DNA of 39,624 nt from a virus, in UHGV virus genome UHGV-0068444; one strand, 5' to 3'. Positions 8,859-17,808 of the stretch are shown one piece after another. Below the pieces are notes generated by a model, which made no database searches, had not been told where the DNA came from, and saw only the letters and a program-made list of their open reading frames with translations. The translations under genes and the position numbers were made by a program. Each line of letters begins with the position of its first letter. Position 1 is the stretch's first letter.

Positions 8859-8972
8859 GTGCGCGAACTTAACCGAAGGTTCAAAGACTACCGTGGAGTG
8901 CCAGTCCGTGATATCCGCTGGGAACCTGAAACACAGCGCGTTATCTATCTGCGTGATGGCTACCCGCACTAA
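8859..8972 (+). CDS. Candidate small protein (37 aa) in the intergenic region before the replication gene
   Basis: GTG start 8 nt after GGAGG; hand translation VRELNRRFKDYRGVPVRDIRWEPETQRVIYLRDGYPH looks more protein-like than the overlapping 8635-9018 ORF. Confidence 0.25.
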   Translation: MRELNRRFKDYRGVPVRDIRWEPETQRVIYLRDGYPH

Positions 8973-9027
8973 TGCTTCAGCCCACTTGAGCATTTCAGGC
9001 GAAAGTTCAGGGAGATAACGGACGATC

Positions 9028-9894
9028 ATGAGCCAGATATTTGAAATCGTTCAATCGCTGTCGGGGCAAAGGAATAGCATCACCATTCCGGTCCCGTACC
9101 TCGATTATTTCTCCGGCGATCAGCAGGCGCATGCTTTGGGCGCTGTGCTAAACCAGCTCGTGTTCTGGTCTGGTAAATCAGATCTGAATGATGGCTGGTT
9201 TTATAAAGAGCACAGCGAGCTTGCGGCAGAGATTCGCGGCGTGAGTGAAGATCAGGTGCAGCGCCTGGTAAACAAGATTTGTACCCGCTGGCTACCAGGG
9301 GTTGTTGAAAAGGCGCAGCGACAGGTAAACGGCACGAAAAAGACGCATTACCGTATCAATGGCGAAGCGCTAATCAATGTTTTATTCCCGGCAACGCTGG
9401 ATTCCGCAGAATCGCGGAACGGGAAACGCGAAGTCGCGGAACCTATTCTCTATACAGATCATTACTCAGATCACCACAAACAGATCATTAACCCCTCTTG
9501 TCCGGTTGCGCCGCAACCAGACCCTGAGGTGTTGATCACTGATAACGCCATCCTGGTTTTAACTCATTTGAACCAGGTAAGCGGCTCCCGGTACCAGAAA
9601 TCTAAAACCTCTCTGGAAAACATACGTGCCCGTCTGCGTGAAGGTTATACCGTCAGCGACTTAACGCTGGTGATTGACCTCAAGCATGAACACTGGAACG
9701 GCAATGACGCGCAGTATCAGTACATGCGGCCTGAAACTCTGTTTGGGCCGAAAAAATTTGAGGGTTATCTGCAAAGCGGGCTCCGCTGGGATAAGAAAGG
9801 CCGTCCCCCTCGTGAAAGCTGGGGCGAGAAGAAACATGACCCGATGAAGTTCGGCCCGGTAGATACCAAAATTCCAGAGGGATTCAGAGGATGA
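9028..9894 (+). CDS. Phage replication initiation protein (conserved phage C-terminal replication domain)
   Basis: 288 aa; C-terminal ILVLTHLNQVSGSRYQKSKTSLENIRARLREGYTVSDL...HWNG resembles the Phg_2220_C-type domain of phage replication proteins. Confidence 0.6.
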   Translation: MSQIFEIVQSLSGQRNSITIPVPYLDYFSGDQQAHALGAVLNQLVFWSGKSDLNDGWFYKEHSELAAEIRGVSEDQVQRLVNKICTRWLPGVVEKAQRQVNGTKKTHYRINGEALINVLFPATLDSAESRNGKREVAEPILYTDHYSDHHKQIINPSCPVAPQPDPEVLITDNAILVLTHLNQVSGSRYQKSKTSLENIRARLREGYTVSDLTLVIDLKHEHWNGNDAQYQYMRPETLFGPKKFEGYLQSGLRWDKKGRPPRESWGEKKHDPMKFGPVDTKIPEGFRG

Positions 9895-11213
9895 TTGAAA
9901 ACAAATACTGCCGCGCGCTGGCCGAACTGCGTTCAAAACCAGCTCACGAATTGAAAGAAGTTGGCGATCAGTGGCGGACACCGGATCTGCTTTTCTGGGG
10001 TATCAACGCGCTATTTGGTCCATTAGTTCTGGACTTGTTTGCTGACGACGACAACGCGAAATGCCCGGCATGGTGCACCGCCGAAGATAACGCACTGACG
10101 CAGGACTGGACTGAACGTCTGGCAGAACTGGGTGGCGCGGCTTTTGCCAACCCTCCATATAGCTGCTCGCAGTACCACGAGAAACAGGCGATCACTGGTA
10201 TGACGCACATCATGAAGTACGCAGCAACCCAGCGCGAGAAGGGCGGTCGCTATGTATTCCTGATAAAAGCCGCGCCGAGTGAAACGTGGTGGCCGGAAGA
10301 TGCCGATCACATTGTATTCATTCGCGGGCGCATTGGTTTCGATCTGCCAGTGTGGTTTGTACCTGCTGACGAAAAACAGAAGCCCACCAGCGCGTTTTTT
10401 TCCGGAGCCATAGCTGTATTCGATAAGTCATGGCGTGGCGAGCGATTCAGCTATATCAACCGCACAGAACTGGAAACAAAAGGGCGAGCGTTTATGGCTT
10501 TGGCACAGTTTGCCACCAGCAAACCTCAGCCAGCAACCGCCACACCACCTGTAGCTGACAAGCCAGAAGCAGAGTTGCCACTTACCCAGAAAGATATTTT
10601 TGATATCAGCGGTGTTGAGGCGTGGGCATGCGTTAGAGCTGCGTTCGGCGATAAAGAAGAATACACATTCAGTGAATCGAAGTTTGGGCATACCTGGGCG
10701 GCGGATTCTGTCGAAGCACCGGAATTCACTCAGGTATCACCATTAACGATCGACAAAGCGAAGCTGCTTATTCGTGAGAGTATTTTGCTCGGTGTGGATG
10801 AGTGGCTGTTGTCGATTGAATTCGATGACGCTGCTGCGCGCCTGGATATGTCGGAACGTATTCGTACTGTTGCCCTTGAAGCATCTGGTGAATATGGCAT
10901 GAACAGTACTGATTTCATTGCAGCTATGGGAAGCCTGGATGTTTCCAGTTGGTCCAATATTCGCCAGATCCGCATGCACATCCGTGAGAAAGCTAAACCA
11001 GTAGCCGATCAGCTTCCCGAGTCCCGTATATGGCCACTGGAGGTTGGAATTGTATTCGACCAGGTGGATGGTGCTGACATGCTGGATGAATCACAGCAGA
11101 ACAAGCTGAAAGCCAACATCAATCAACTCTGGCTGGAACGAACGGCCACCAGCGAAATTATCACAATTGCGCAAGGTCTTGTCGACAGCATGCAGGGGGT
11201 AACTCATGCGTGA
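9891..11213 (+). CDS. Phage Dam-type N6-adenine DNA methyltransferase fused to a ~250-aa C-terminal domain of unknown function
   Basis: 440 aa; N-terminal WRTPDLLF...LVLDLFADD...FANPPYS motifs; Pro/Ala/Thr-rich linker (ATSKPQPATATPPVADKPEAELP) then an unassigned domain. Confidence 0.65.
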   Translation: MIENKYCRALAELRSKPAHELKEVGDQWRTPDLLFWGINALFGPLVLDLFADDDNAKCPAWCTAEDNALTQDWTERLAELGGAAFANPPYSCSQYHEKQAITGMTHIMKYAATQREKGGRYVFLIKAAPSETWWPEDADHIVFIRGRIGFDLPVWFVPADEKQKPTSAFFSGAIAVFDKSWRGERFSYINRTELETKGRAFMALAQFATSKPQPATATPPVADKPEAELPLTQKDIFDISGVEAWACVRAAFGDKEEYTFSESKFGHTWAADSVEAPEFTQVSPLTIDKAKLLIRESILLGVDEWLLSIEFDDAAARLDMSERIRTVALEASGEYGMNSTDFIAAMGSLDVSSWSNIRQIRMHIREKAKPVADQLPESRIWPLEVGIVFDQVDGADMLDESQQNKLKANINQLWLERTATSEIITIAQGLVDSMQGVTHA

Positions 11214-11327
11214 AACAGTCTTTTATCGCCCTGCCGGTATAGCGCCTATTTCGGATGTTGTTCAACGTGTTCGTCACTATAGCGGGAAAGTTGAGGTATG
11301 TTTCAGGAATTATGACGGAGGCTTTTA

Positions 11328-11714
11328 ATGAGGCTCATACTCCCATTTCCACCCAGCGTGAACACTTACTGGCGCGCTCCTAACAAGGGGGCGCAGGCTG
11401 GTCGTCACCTCATTAGCGCTGAAGGCCGTAAATACCAGAGCGCTGCCTGCGTGGCGATCATTGAGCAATTACGACGTCTCCCGAAGCCATCGACTGAACT
11501 GGCAGCGGTAGAAATCACTCTGTACCCGCCGGATGCGCGCCGCCGGGATATCGATAATTACAACAAAGCCCTGTTTGACGCGCTGACGCATGCGGGTGTC
11601 TGGGAAGATGACAGCCAGATTAAGCGCATGCTGGTGGAATGGGGACCCGTAGTGCCGAAAGGTCGGGTAGAGATAACGATCAGCAGATATGAACCGGCGG
11701 GTGCAGCCGCCTGA
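11328..11714 (+). CDS. rusA: RusA-family Holliday junction resolvase
   Basis: 128 aa; LPFPPSVNTYWR...RRRDIDNYNKALFDALTHAGVWEDDSQI parallels E. coli RusA. Confidence 0.85.
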   Translation: MRLILPFPPSVNTYWRAPNKGAQAGRHLISAEGRKYQSAACVAIIEQLRRLPKPSTELAAVEITLYPPDARRRDIDNYNKALFDALTHAGVWEDDSQIKRMLVEWGPVVPKGRVEITISRYEPAGAAA

Positions 11715-11727
11715 TATGGAGAAAAGT

Positions 11728-12414
11728 ATGAGCCAGTTAATCGTGAATGGTGTAGTAACAATGTCCAGCCGTGATATTGCGGATCTGGTTCAGAGTAAAC
11801 ACAGTGACGTGAAACGCTCGGCTGAGCGTCTTGTTGCTGCGGGAATTTTAACCGCGCCATTGGCGCAGTTCGATTTTGAGCATAACGGTAATGTGTACCA
11901 GGAGTATCGTTTTAACAAACGCGACTCTCTGGTGATTGTTGCCAGACTGTCACCTGAATTTACCGCCGCGGTCGTCGATCGCTGGCAGGAACTGGAAGAA
12001 GGGCAGAGTGTCAGTGTTCCCCGCTCATTACCGGAAGCGCTTCGCCTGGCTGCTGATTTAGCCGAGCAGAAAGAGCAACTGACGATCCAACTGGCAGCCG
12101 CGGCGCCAAAAGTGGAGTTTGTTGATCGTTATTGCTCAGCAAAAGGCTCCATGTCATTCCGGCAGGTAGCCAAATTGCTTAACGCAAAAGAAACTGAGTT
12201 TCGTCTGTTCCTTATTGAACGCAATATCCTGTATCGCCTCGGCGGCACACTTACCCCCATGGCGCAGCACATTTCCGCGGGAAGATTTGAAGTTAAGACG
12301 GGAACATCGAGCACATCCAATCACGCATTCAGCCAGACGCGTTTCACTGCCAAGGGAGTACGCTGGATTGGTGGTTTGTGGGCTGAACATATTGCAGGGG
12401 GGCAAGCGGCGTGA
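11728..12414 (+). CDS. Rha-family regulator with C-terminal KilA-C/antirepressor-like domain
   Basis: Start MSQLIVNG after GGAG RBS (ORF extends to 11689); N-terminal Rha-like region, C-terminal antirepressor-like region. Confidence 0.6.
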   Translation: MSQLIVNGVVTMSSRDIADLVQSKHSDVKRSAERLVAAGILTAPLAQFDFEHNGNVYQEYRFNKRDSLVIVARLSPEFTAAVVDRWQELEEGQSVSVPRSLPEALRLAADLAEQKEQLTIQLAAAAPKVEFVDRYCSAKGSMSFRQVAKLLNAKETEFRLFLIERNILYRLGGTLTPMAQHISAGRFEVKTGTSSTSNHAFSQTRFTAKGVRWIGGLWAEHIAGGQAA

Positions 12415-13406
12415 GGGCTTTGTTAACTCCTGAAGTAGCCCATCGCATGGGGATTGTGTTGTTTCGTCCCGGCGCGGAACTGATGCACCTCTTCATGCGC
12501 GGTCGCGTCCTTCTCGAACCTGAACCAGAAGAAATGGCGTCATTCAGTACAGGAGCTGTTCCCGCCGCCATTCAGCCGCTGGCTGATGATCCGGTAATGC
12601 GGCAGGTCTTCGGGAATGAGCGGGTTATTCAGCGTGCCGGTGGGCTTCCTTCCCTTGAGCAATGGTTGAGTACCCGGTTTGATTGCCAGTGGCCACATTC
12701 ATCGTGGCACGACAAGAACTTCACAACAATGCGGCACCCACCAGGAAGCATTCGCCTGTGCTGGCATTGCGATCACACTTTGTCCGGGCAGCATACTGAA
12801 CAGCTTGCAGTTATAGCTGCCGGAAACCTGGTATCCTGGATTCTGGAAGTCATTCGGCGTGATTCTGGTTTTCCCGAGTCGCATATCCTGACGCTTCCGG
12901 AACTGTGCTGGTGGATGGTCAGAAACGACCTGGCTGATGTTATTCCGGAAAGCGTTGCGCACAGGGGGTTGCGCCTTCCGGATGAGAAGATCCGCTCTGT
13001 CATGAGGGAAAGCGACATAGTGCCTTCCCCGTCTGCAACCAGCCTCGTGCAGAAGAAAGCGAAGAAGATCCTCACGCTCTCTGTTGATCCGGAGTCTCCT
13101 GAATCTTTCATGCTCAGGCCAAAACGCCGCCGCTGGGTAAATGAGACATACACCCGCTGGGTTAAAACACAACCCTGTGAGTGTTGCCGACGGCCAGCAG
13201 ATGATCCGCACCATATCGTAGGGCACGGTTTGGGTGGTACAGCAACAAAAGCCCATGACCTCTTCGTGATCCCTCTGTGCAGAGAGTGCCACGACGAGTT
13301 ACACGCCGATGTACCGGCATTCGAGCAGAAGCATGGTACGCAGCTTGAGCTGCTACTGCGTTTTATGGATCGGGCGCTGGCGATCGGCGTAATTGCGAAA
13401 GCTTAA
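12411..13406 (+). CDS. DUF968-family phage protein (YdfU-like) with Cys/His-rich C-terminus
   Basis: 331 aa; GTG start overlapping the upstream stop; C-terminal CECC...HHIVGHG...CRECHDELH cluster; lies directly upstream of the Q-like gene as ydfU does in Qin. Confidence 0.5.
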   Translation: MRALLTPEVAHRMGIVLFRPGAELMHLFMRGRVLLEPEPEEMASFSTGAVPAAIQPLADDPVMRQVFGNERVIQRAGGLPSLEQWLSTRFDCQWPHSSWHDKNFTTMRHPPGSIRLCWHCDHTLSGQHTEQLAVIAAGNLVSWILEVIRRDSGFPESHILTLPELCWWMVRNDLADVIPESVAHRGLRLPDEKIRSVMRESDIVPSPSATSLVQKKAKKILTLSVDPESPESFMLRPKRRRWVNETYTRWVKTQPCECCRRPADDPHHIVGHGLGGTATKAHDLFVIPLCRECHDELHADVPAFEQKHGTQLELLLRFMDRALAIGVIAKA

Positions 13407-13427
13407 GTGTATGGAGCGCAAAGAAGC

Positions 13428-14117
13428 ATGAATCAACAAGACCTGAATTTTGTAAGAATAGAATTGCGCCGCGCGCTACCTGACCTCTCTGGGGGAACAA
13501 AAGGGCAGCTTGAGGCTTTCAGTGAACACCCACCAGCAGACAAAAATGCCACCCCGCGCCGTGGAATTCATCTCGTCGAACTCGAAGGAGAGAAGGGGCC
13601 TCGCTTTGTTAACTCGCTTTCCGCGCCATTGTATGTATTGGAAACACGCAGCCGCTGCAGGCCAATGCCGCCGATAAAAGATGCGGAATTTGAGTCCGCG
13701 CCGTGGCGTAGGGCAGTGTCCGCGCTTAGTGGATACCAGCAGGCCTGGTTGCGGTACTGCTACGGTTTTGACCTTAGCTATAAGCACCAGGTGATGATGT
13801 GTGAATACGTCTGGAAAACTTATCAGAAATGTCTGGGTGATAATTCCCTTCAGGAGCGCGTAGTAAAGAAACTGATTGGCCTGGTATGGCTGGCAGGGCA
13901 GGAAATTGCCGCAACCAGAAATAATGAAACCTATAAAGACTATGCTGGTGCAGCGTTGGCCCGCATGGTTAGCGTTGATCGTTCGACATGGTTGCGTGTC
14001 TATTCAGGGCACTGGGCTGGGTTAAAGGCCGCTTTTACCCAGCTTGATGAATCTGCGTTGGCAATGGCTCTTGAATACTATGAGGAAGAAGAAGCCCTCA
14101 AAGTGGCAGAAATGTAA
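13428..14117 (+). CDS. Late-gene antitermination protein, Q-like
   Basis: Start MNQQDLNF (alternative GTG at 13407); position between nin-like genes and a tR'-type terminator; family assignment by context and recollection. Confidence 0.55.
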   Translation: MNQQDLNFVRIELRRALPDLSGGTKGQLEAFSEHPPADKNATPRRGIHLVELEGEKGPRFVNSLSAPLYVLETRSRCRPMPPIKDAEFESAPWRRAVSALSGYQQAWLRYCYGFDLSYKHQVMMCEYVWKTYQKCLGDNSLQERVVKKLIGLVWLAGQEIAATRNNETYKDYAGAALARMVSVDRSTWLRVYSGHWAGLKAAFTQLDESALAMALEYYEEEEALKVAEM

Positions 14118-14212
14118 AGTAAATTTCACTATCTCCTTCAAACGCGCTTGCAAAATGCAACAAAATAAGCCATATTTAAAGCGTATTTGATATGTTGCCA
14201 AAGTTTTATAAA
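14118..14212 (+). promoter_or_regulatory. Presumed late promoter (PR') and Q-utilisation region
   Basis: Inferred from position between the Q-like gene and the tR'-like terminator; candidate -35 TTGCAA and -10 TATTTA hexamers; exact site not determined. Confidence 0.35.
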
Positions 14213-14233
14213 CCCGCCAATGAGCGGGTTTTT
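14213..14233 (+). terminator. tR'-like intrinsic terminator
   Basis: cccgc-caatga-gcggg hairpin followed by TTTTT, about 100 nt downstream of the Q-like stop. Confidence 0.7.
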
Positions 14234-14280
14234 GCGTTATAATTCACCGATTTAAACCAATTGTTTTAAATAGGTGAAGT

Positions 14281-15132
14281 ATGAAAATAGATAATCCCGA
14301 AAATCCACTTGAACGAAACGATTTTTCGATGGATGACTTCCATCACTACTTAAGGGAGTTTGATAAAGCTGTATGTGAAGCGAATGCTGTAAGTCAGGGG
14401 GTTGGTGTGCGAATGGCTGAGGCTTTTAAAGGGTGGTCTACATACATTTTTTCACGAATCTGCATTCATGCTTCAATAATGATTTCCAACGTACCAAAAT
14501 CAAGATGGGCTAAGCGGGATTATGACTTTTGGGATTTTTCGGCGATTGCACCTCATGTAAGAGCGATTCTGGAAGCTGAGTTATTGTTTATGTATTTATC
14601 TGAGAATCCAGATTCAACTGAGGAGTGGTCAGCAAAGTTGAATGTCATGCACATGAATGATTGTGTAAAGAGAATTGAGTTATTTACATCTAGTGATAAT
14701 ACGAAAGCATTGGATTTTTATCATGAACAAAAAGATATAATAACTGAGAGACTTAATAACAACCCTGTTTTTTTATCCCTTGAACAAGGAACCAGAAAAC
14801 GTTGCTTGACTGGAAAAGCGCTTATGATTCCAAATCGAGATGAGTTATTGGTTAAACTGGGAAAAGATCCAAAGTCATTTAAAATAATGTTCGATTTTTT
14901 ATCTCATTATACGCATATACTACCTATGTCATATTATAAAATGGAGCCAAACGGAAGAGGAACTGGTTGTTTTAACAACTATGACTTTGGCTATATGATT
15001 ATGGGGATGATTATTTGTACTGAATCCTTGACTAAGTGTACAGATAGATTAGTAGAACTTTTTCCTGATGTTAGACGGTTGCGAAAAGGAACTAAATCAA
15101 AATTCACGTTAGGTCCTAAACCTACAAAATAA
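14281..15132 (+). CDS. AT-rich hypothetical protein (283 aa), cargo gene; function unknown
   Basis: ATG after AGGTGAAG RBS; visibly lower GC than flanking phage genes; no hydrophobic segments; no motif recognised. Confidence 0.6.
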   Translation: MKIDNPENPLERNDFSMDDFHHYLREFDKAVCEANAVSQGVGVRMAEAFKGWSTYIFSRICIHASIMISNVPKSRWAKRDYDFWDFSAIAPHVRAILEAELLFMYLSENPDSTEEWSAKLNVMHMNDCVKRIELFTSSDNTKALDFYHEQKDIITERLNNNPVFLSLEQGTRKRCLTGKALMIPNRDELLVKLGKDPKSFKIMFDFLSHYTHILPMSYYKMEPNGRGTGCFNNYDFGYMIMGMIICTESLTKCTDRLVELFPDVRRLRKGTKSKFTLGPKPTK

Positions 15133-15162
15133 CAATGAGTCGCTTGCTGCTATTTTAAAGGC

Positions 15163-15185
15163 TTCCAAATGGAAGTCTTTTATAA
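15163..15185 (+). terminator. Weak hairpin terminator after the 14281-15132 gene
   Basis: cttcc-aaat-ggaag stem-loop followed by tcttttat. Confidence 0.35.
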
Positions 15186-15350
15186 TTTCAGGTTTCGCAA
15201 ATTATACTTATCTTCACATTTTCATAATAGCGCATAAGCCAGCCCCCCCTCCATCAACCACAGCGCCATACGAACTATCGGAGGTGAGGCTAAATTAGTA
15301 ATCGTTCTTACCTGCACAGGTGCATAAAAATCAGCCTAAAATGCGAGTTT

Positions 15351-16013
15351 TTATGAAGAGAGCAGCATGACTTTTTCTTTTGCGGGCGAAGGTGACTGCT
15401 CTTTCAAAGGGAAAATTATAAATGCTATAAATGCAGTAAATAATACTATGAAAGCTAGCACTGTAACTTTCCTTGAAGATGATAGGGCTTTGTTATATTC
15501 CTTGGCTATTTTGTTCGTTATATGGATCTTAGTGCTATTTATTTCATCTTTTAGTATGGATAATTTATTTATAAATTCCTGTGTTTCTTCTCGAGAGTAA
15601 AGTTCTGAAGCATCTCTTGGGGTTTCATGTGGATGCCGAGTATAACCAAGTATTTGTGGTATTAAATTACCATGCGATTGAACTACAGATTCATATTTCT
15701 TATAGCAAGCATTATCAAAAAATCTCATTCTTATGCTAAGTTCTCTGAGTTTGTCAACGTCTAGAGAAACTTGTTCGTTGGCAATAATTAAATCTCCGCG
15801 GTTTAATGTATTCTTGTGTTGAAAAATTAGTAAAAGCCATTCTGTATTATTGTAAAGCTTTTCAAGATTGGCATGTATATCAAGTCCGAGTTTTTCATAT
15901 GCGGATAATTTGACCTCTTTTTCCTTTGCAGAAAGAGAAGATGAATAAGCCAGTAATCCGCTTATTATGGCAACAATAAATGTTCCTATAATGGTTAAGG
16001 TATTCGAGTCCAT
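15351..16013 (-). CDS. AT-rich hypothetical membrane protein (one N-terminal and one C-terminal TM helix), cargo gene
   Basis: Start MDSNTLTIIGTFIVAIISGLL (ORF extends to 16070); C-terminal VLAFIVLFTAFIAFIIF hydrophobic helix; convergent with the 14281 gene. Confidence 0.55.
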   Translation of the reverse strand: MDSNTLTIIGTFIVAIISGLLAYSSSLSAKEKEVKLSAYEKLGLDIHANLEKLYNNTEWLLLIFQHKNTLNRGDLIIANEQVSLDVDKLRELSIRMRFFDNACYKKYESVVQSHGNLIPQILGYTRHPHETPRDASELYSREETQEFINKLSILKDEINSTKIHITNKIAKEYNKALSSSRKVTVLAFIVLFTAFIAFIIFPLKEQSPSPAKEKVMLLSS

Positions 16014-16120
16014 TGTATTCTTCAAAAGTTGGTCAAAAATATATTGTAATATTTTAATGTATAAAATCAATCATTTCCCCTCATTCTGAGAGGACTCCCA
16101 GCAACAAAGAGGGGGGCTAA

Positions 16121-16507
16121 ATGTCCGATCCGATTTCCGGTTCTGGGATGGCTGGTGGTGTCCTGACGGGGGCCAGCGTCTATGGATTTCTGTCCGGAAC
16201 CGATTACGGCGTGGTGTTTGGCGCATTTGCCGGGGCTGTATTTTACATTGCAACCGCAGCGGATCTAAGTGCAGCGCGCCGACTGGCATATTTTCTGGTG
16301 TCGTATATTGCGGGGATCCTTTGTTCCGGGCTGGTGGGTTCAAAGCTGGCTCAGGCTACCGGCTACAGTGATAAACCACTGGATGCCATTGGCGCCGTAA
16401 TCGTTTCTGCTTTAGCCGTCAAAATCCTGACATTCCTGAATAATCAGGATGTCGGCTCGCTGGTGGCGCTGATAACGCGCCGGGGAGGTTCAGGTGGTAC
16501 AAAATGA
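16121..16507 (+). CDS. Putative holin (three predicted TM segments)
   Basis: 128 aa, Gly/Ala-rich hydrophobic segments; first gene of the lysis cassette upstream of endolysin. Confidence 0.55.
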   Translation: MSDPISGSGMAGGVLTGASVYGFLSGTDYGVVFGAFAGAVFYIATAADLSAARRLAYFLVSYIAGILCSGLVGSKLAQATGYSDKPLDAIGAVIVSALAVKILTFLNNQDVGSLVALITRRGGSGGTK

Positions 16508-16775
16508 CCCATCGGCAACTTTTAATGCATTGCTTTGTGCTGGGGTAGTGTTAACCCTGATGTTTTACCGTCGCGGCGACTCGCGACATCGACCGTGGAT
16601 ATCTCGCTTAGCGTGGCTGCTTACGGTCATCTACAGCGCCGTTCCGCTGGCGTATCTGTGCGGTATTTACCCGTACTCATCATGGGCCACTATCGGGGCC
16701 AACTTTATTTTCCTGTCCGTGCTGGTCGCCGTAAGAGGCAACGTGGCACGTCTGGTTGATCATCTGAGGCACTAA
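16494..16775 (+). CDS. Second small membrane lysis protein (holin or antiholin-like)
   Basis: 93 aa, three hydrophobic segments; overlaps the upstream gene; stop overlaps the endolysin start. Confidence 0.45.
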   Translation: MVQNDPSATFNALLCAGVVLTLMFYRRGDSRHRPWISRLAWLLTVIYSAVPLAYLCGIYPYSSWATIGANFIFLSVLVAVRGNVARLVDHLRH

Positions 16776-17389
16776 TGAACCAATCACAATTTCAGCAGGC
16801 GGCTGGTATCAGCGCCGGGCTTTCTGCGCGCTGGTTTCCGCACATTGACGCGGCAATGAAAGAGTTTGGCATTACAGCTACGAACGATCTGGCTATGTTC
16901 ATCGCCCAGGTTGGGCATGAGTCTGCTGGCTTTACCTCGCTGGTGGAAAGCTTCAACTACTCGGTAGAGGGGCTGAAGAAAACCTTTGGTAAACGGCTTA
17001 CTCCTTATCAGTGTGAAATGCTGGGTCGTGTCGATGGTAAGCAGGTGGCCCACCAGCCGCAAATAGCCAATCTGGTTTATGGTGACCGCATGGGGAATAA
17101 CAGCCAGGGTGACGGCTGGAAATATCGCGGTCGCGGCCTGCTGCAAATCACGGGTCGTGAGAACTACACCAAATGCGGCACGGCGCTGAAACTTGACCTT
17201 ATCAGTACGCCAGAATTGCTAACGCAAGAGCGACATGCGGCTCGTTCGGCTGCGTGGTACTTCACGTTACGCGGTTGCCTGATGTATTCGGGTGACGTGG
17301 CACGCGTTACGCAGATTATTAACGGCGGACAGAACGGCATTAAAGACCGCCGTGAACGTTACGCCAAAGCTAAAGCTGCACTGGTGTGA
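16775..17389 (+). CDS. Endolysin, glycoside hydrolase family 19 (chitinase-like lysozyme)
   Basis: 204 aa; AQVGHESAGF...YRGRGLLQITGRENY resembles the GH19 catalytic core. Confidence 0.8.
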   Translation: MNQSQFQQAAGISAGLSARWFPHIDAAMKEFGITATNDLAMFIAQVGHESAGFTSLVESFNYSVEGLKKTFGKRLTPYQCEMLGRVDGKQVAHQPQIANLVYGDRMGNNSQGDGWKYRGRGLLQITGRENYTKCGTALKLDLISTPELLTQERHAARSAAWYFTLRGCLMYSGDVARVTQIINGGQNGIKDRRERYAKAKAALV

Positions 17390-17396
17390 GGTCAGT

Positions 17397-17666
17397 ATGG
17401 GGCTTGAAATGATTATCGGCCTGGTTGTTGCTGTGCTGGCTGCAATTGCAGGTGCTTTTGGGCTGGGCAAATCACGCGGTACCAGTATCGCTGAAACAAA
17501 AGCGGACCAACAACGCACTGAAGAACGTGCAATAGCTATTGAAGCGGTTGCAGAACGCCGGGTAGAAACAACAAAAGGAGCCAGGGATGTACAACAGACT
17601 GTTAACCATATGCCTGATGACGCTGCTGATCGCGAGCTGCGCAAAAACTGGACACGTAAGGATTGA
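17397..17666 (+). CDS. Inner-membrane spanin (Rz-like)
   Basis: Start MGLEMIIGLVVAVLAAIAGAFGL (N-terminal TM) after GAGG RBS; charged coiled-coil-like remainder; directly after endolysin. Confidence 0.6.
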   Translation: MGLEMIIGLVVAVLAAIAGAFGLGKSRGTSIAETKADQQRTEERAIAIEAVAERRVETTKGARDVQQTVNHMPDDAADRELRKNWTRKD

Positions 17667-17808
17667 GGTTATTGACACCGGCTGCGATTGGGTAAAACCC
17701 ATCTACGGCACTGCTCATGATTGGGAAGTGCTGGACAGGCAGACCAAGAAAGACATTCTTATGCATAACAAAGTGTGGATGTCAAACTGTGGCTCTATAA
17801 CTTATTGA
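17587..17808 (+). CDS. Outer-membrane lipoprotein spanin (Rz1-like), overlapping Rz out of frame
   Basis: MYNRLLTICLMTLLIASC has a lipobox (LIASC); starts inside the Rz-like ORF in another frame. Confidence 0.6.
   Translation: MYNRLLTICLMTLLIASCAKTGHVRIEVIDTGCDWVKPIYGTAHDWEVLDRQTKKDILMHNKVWMSNCGSITY

Noticed and set aside
12699-13292. 197-aa and 126-aa minus-strand ORFs
   Set aside because: Inside the DUF968-like gene on the opposite strand; no RBS, random-looking sequence.
16784-17146. 120-aa minus-strand ORF
   Set aside because: Antisense within the GH19 endolysin gene.
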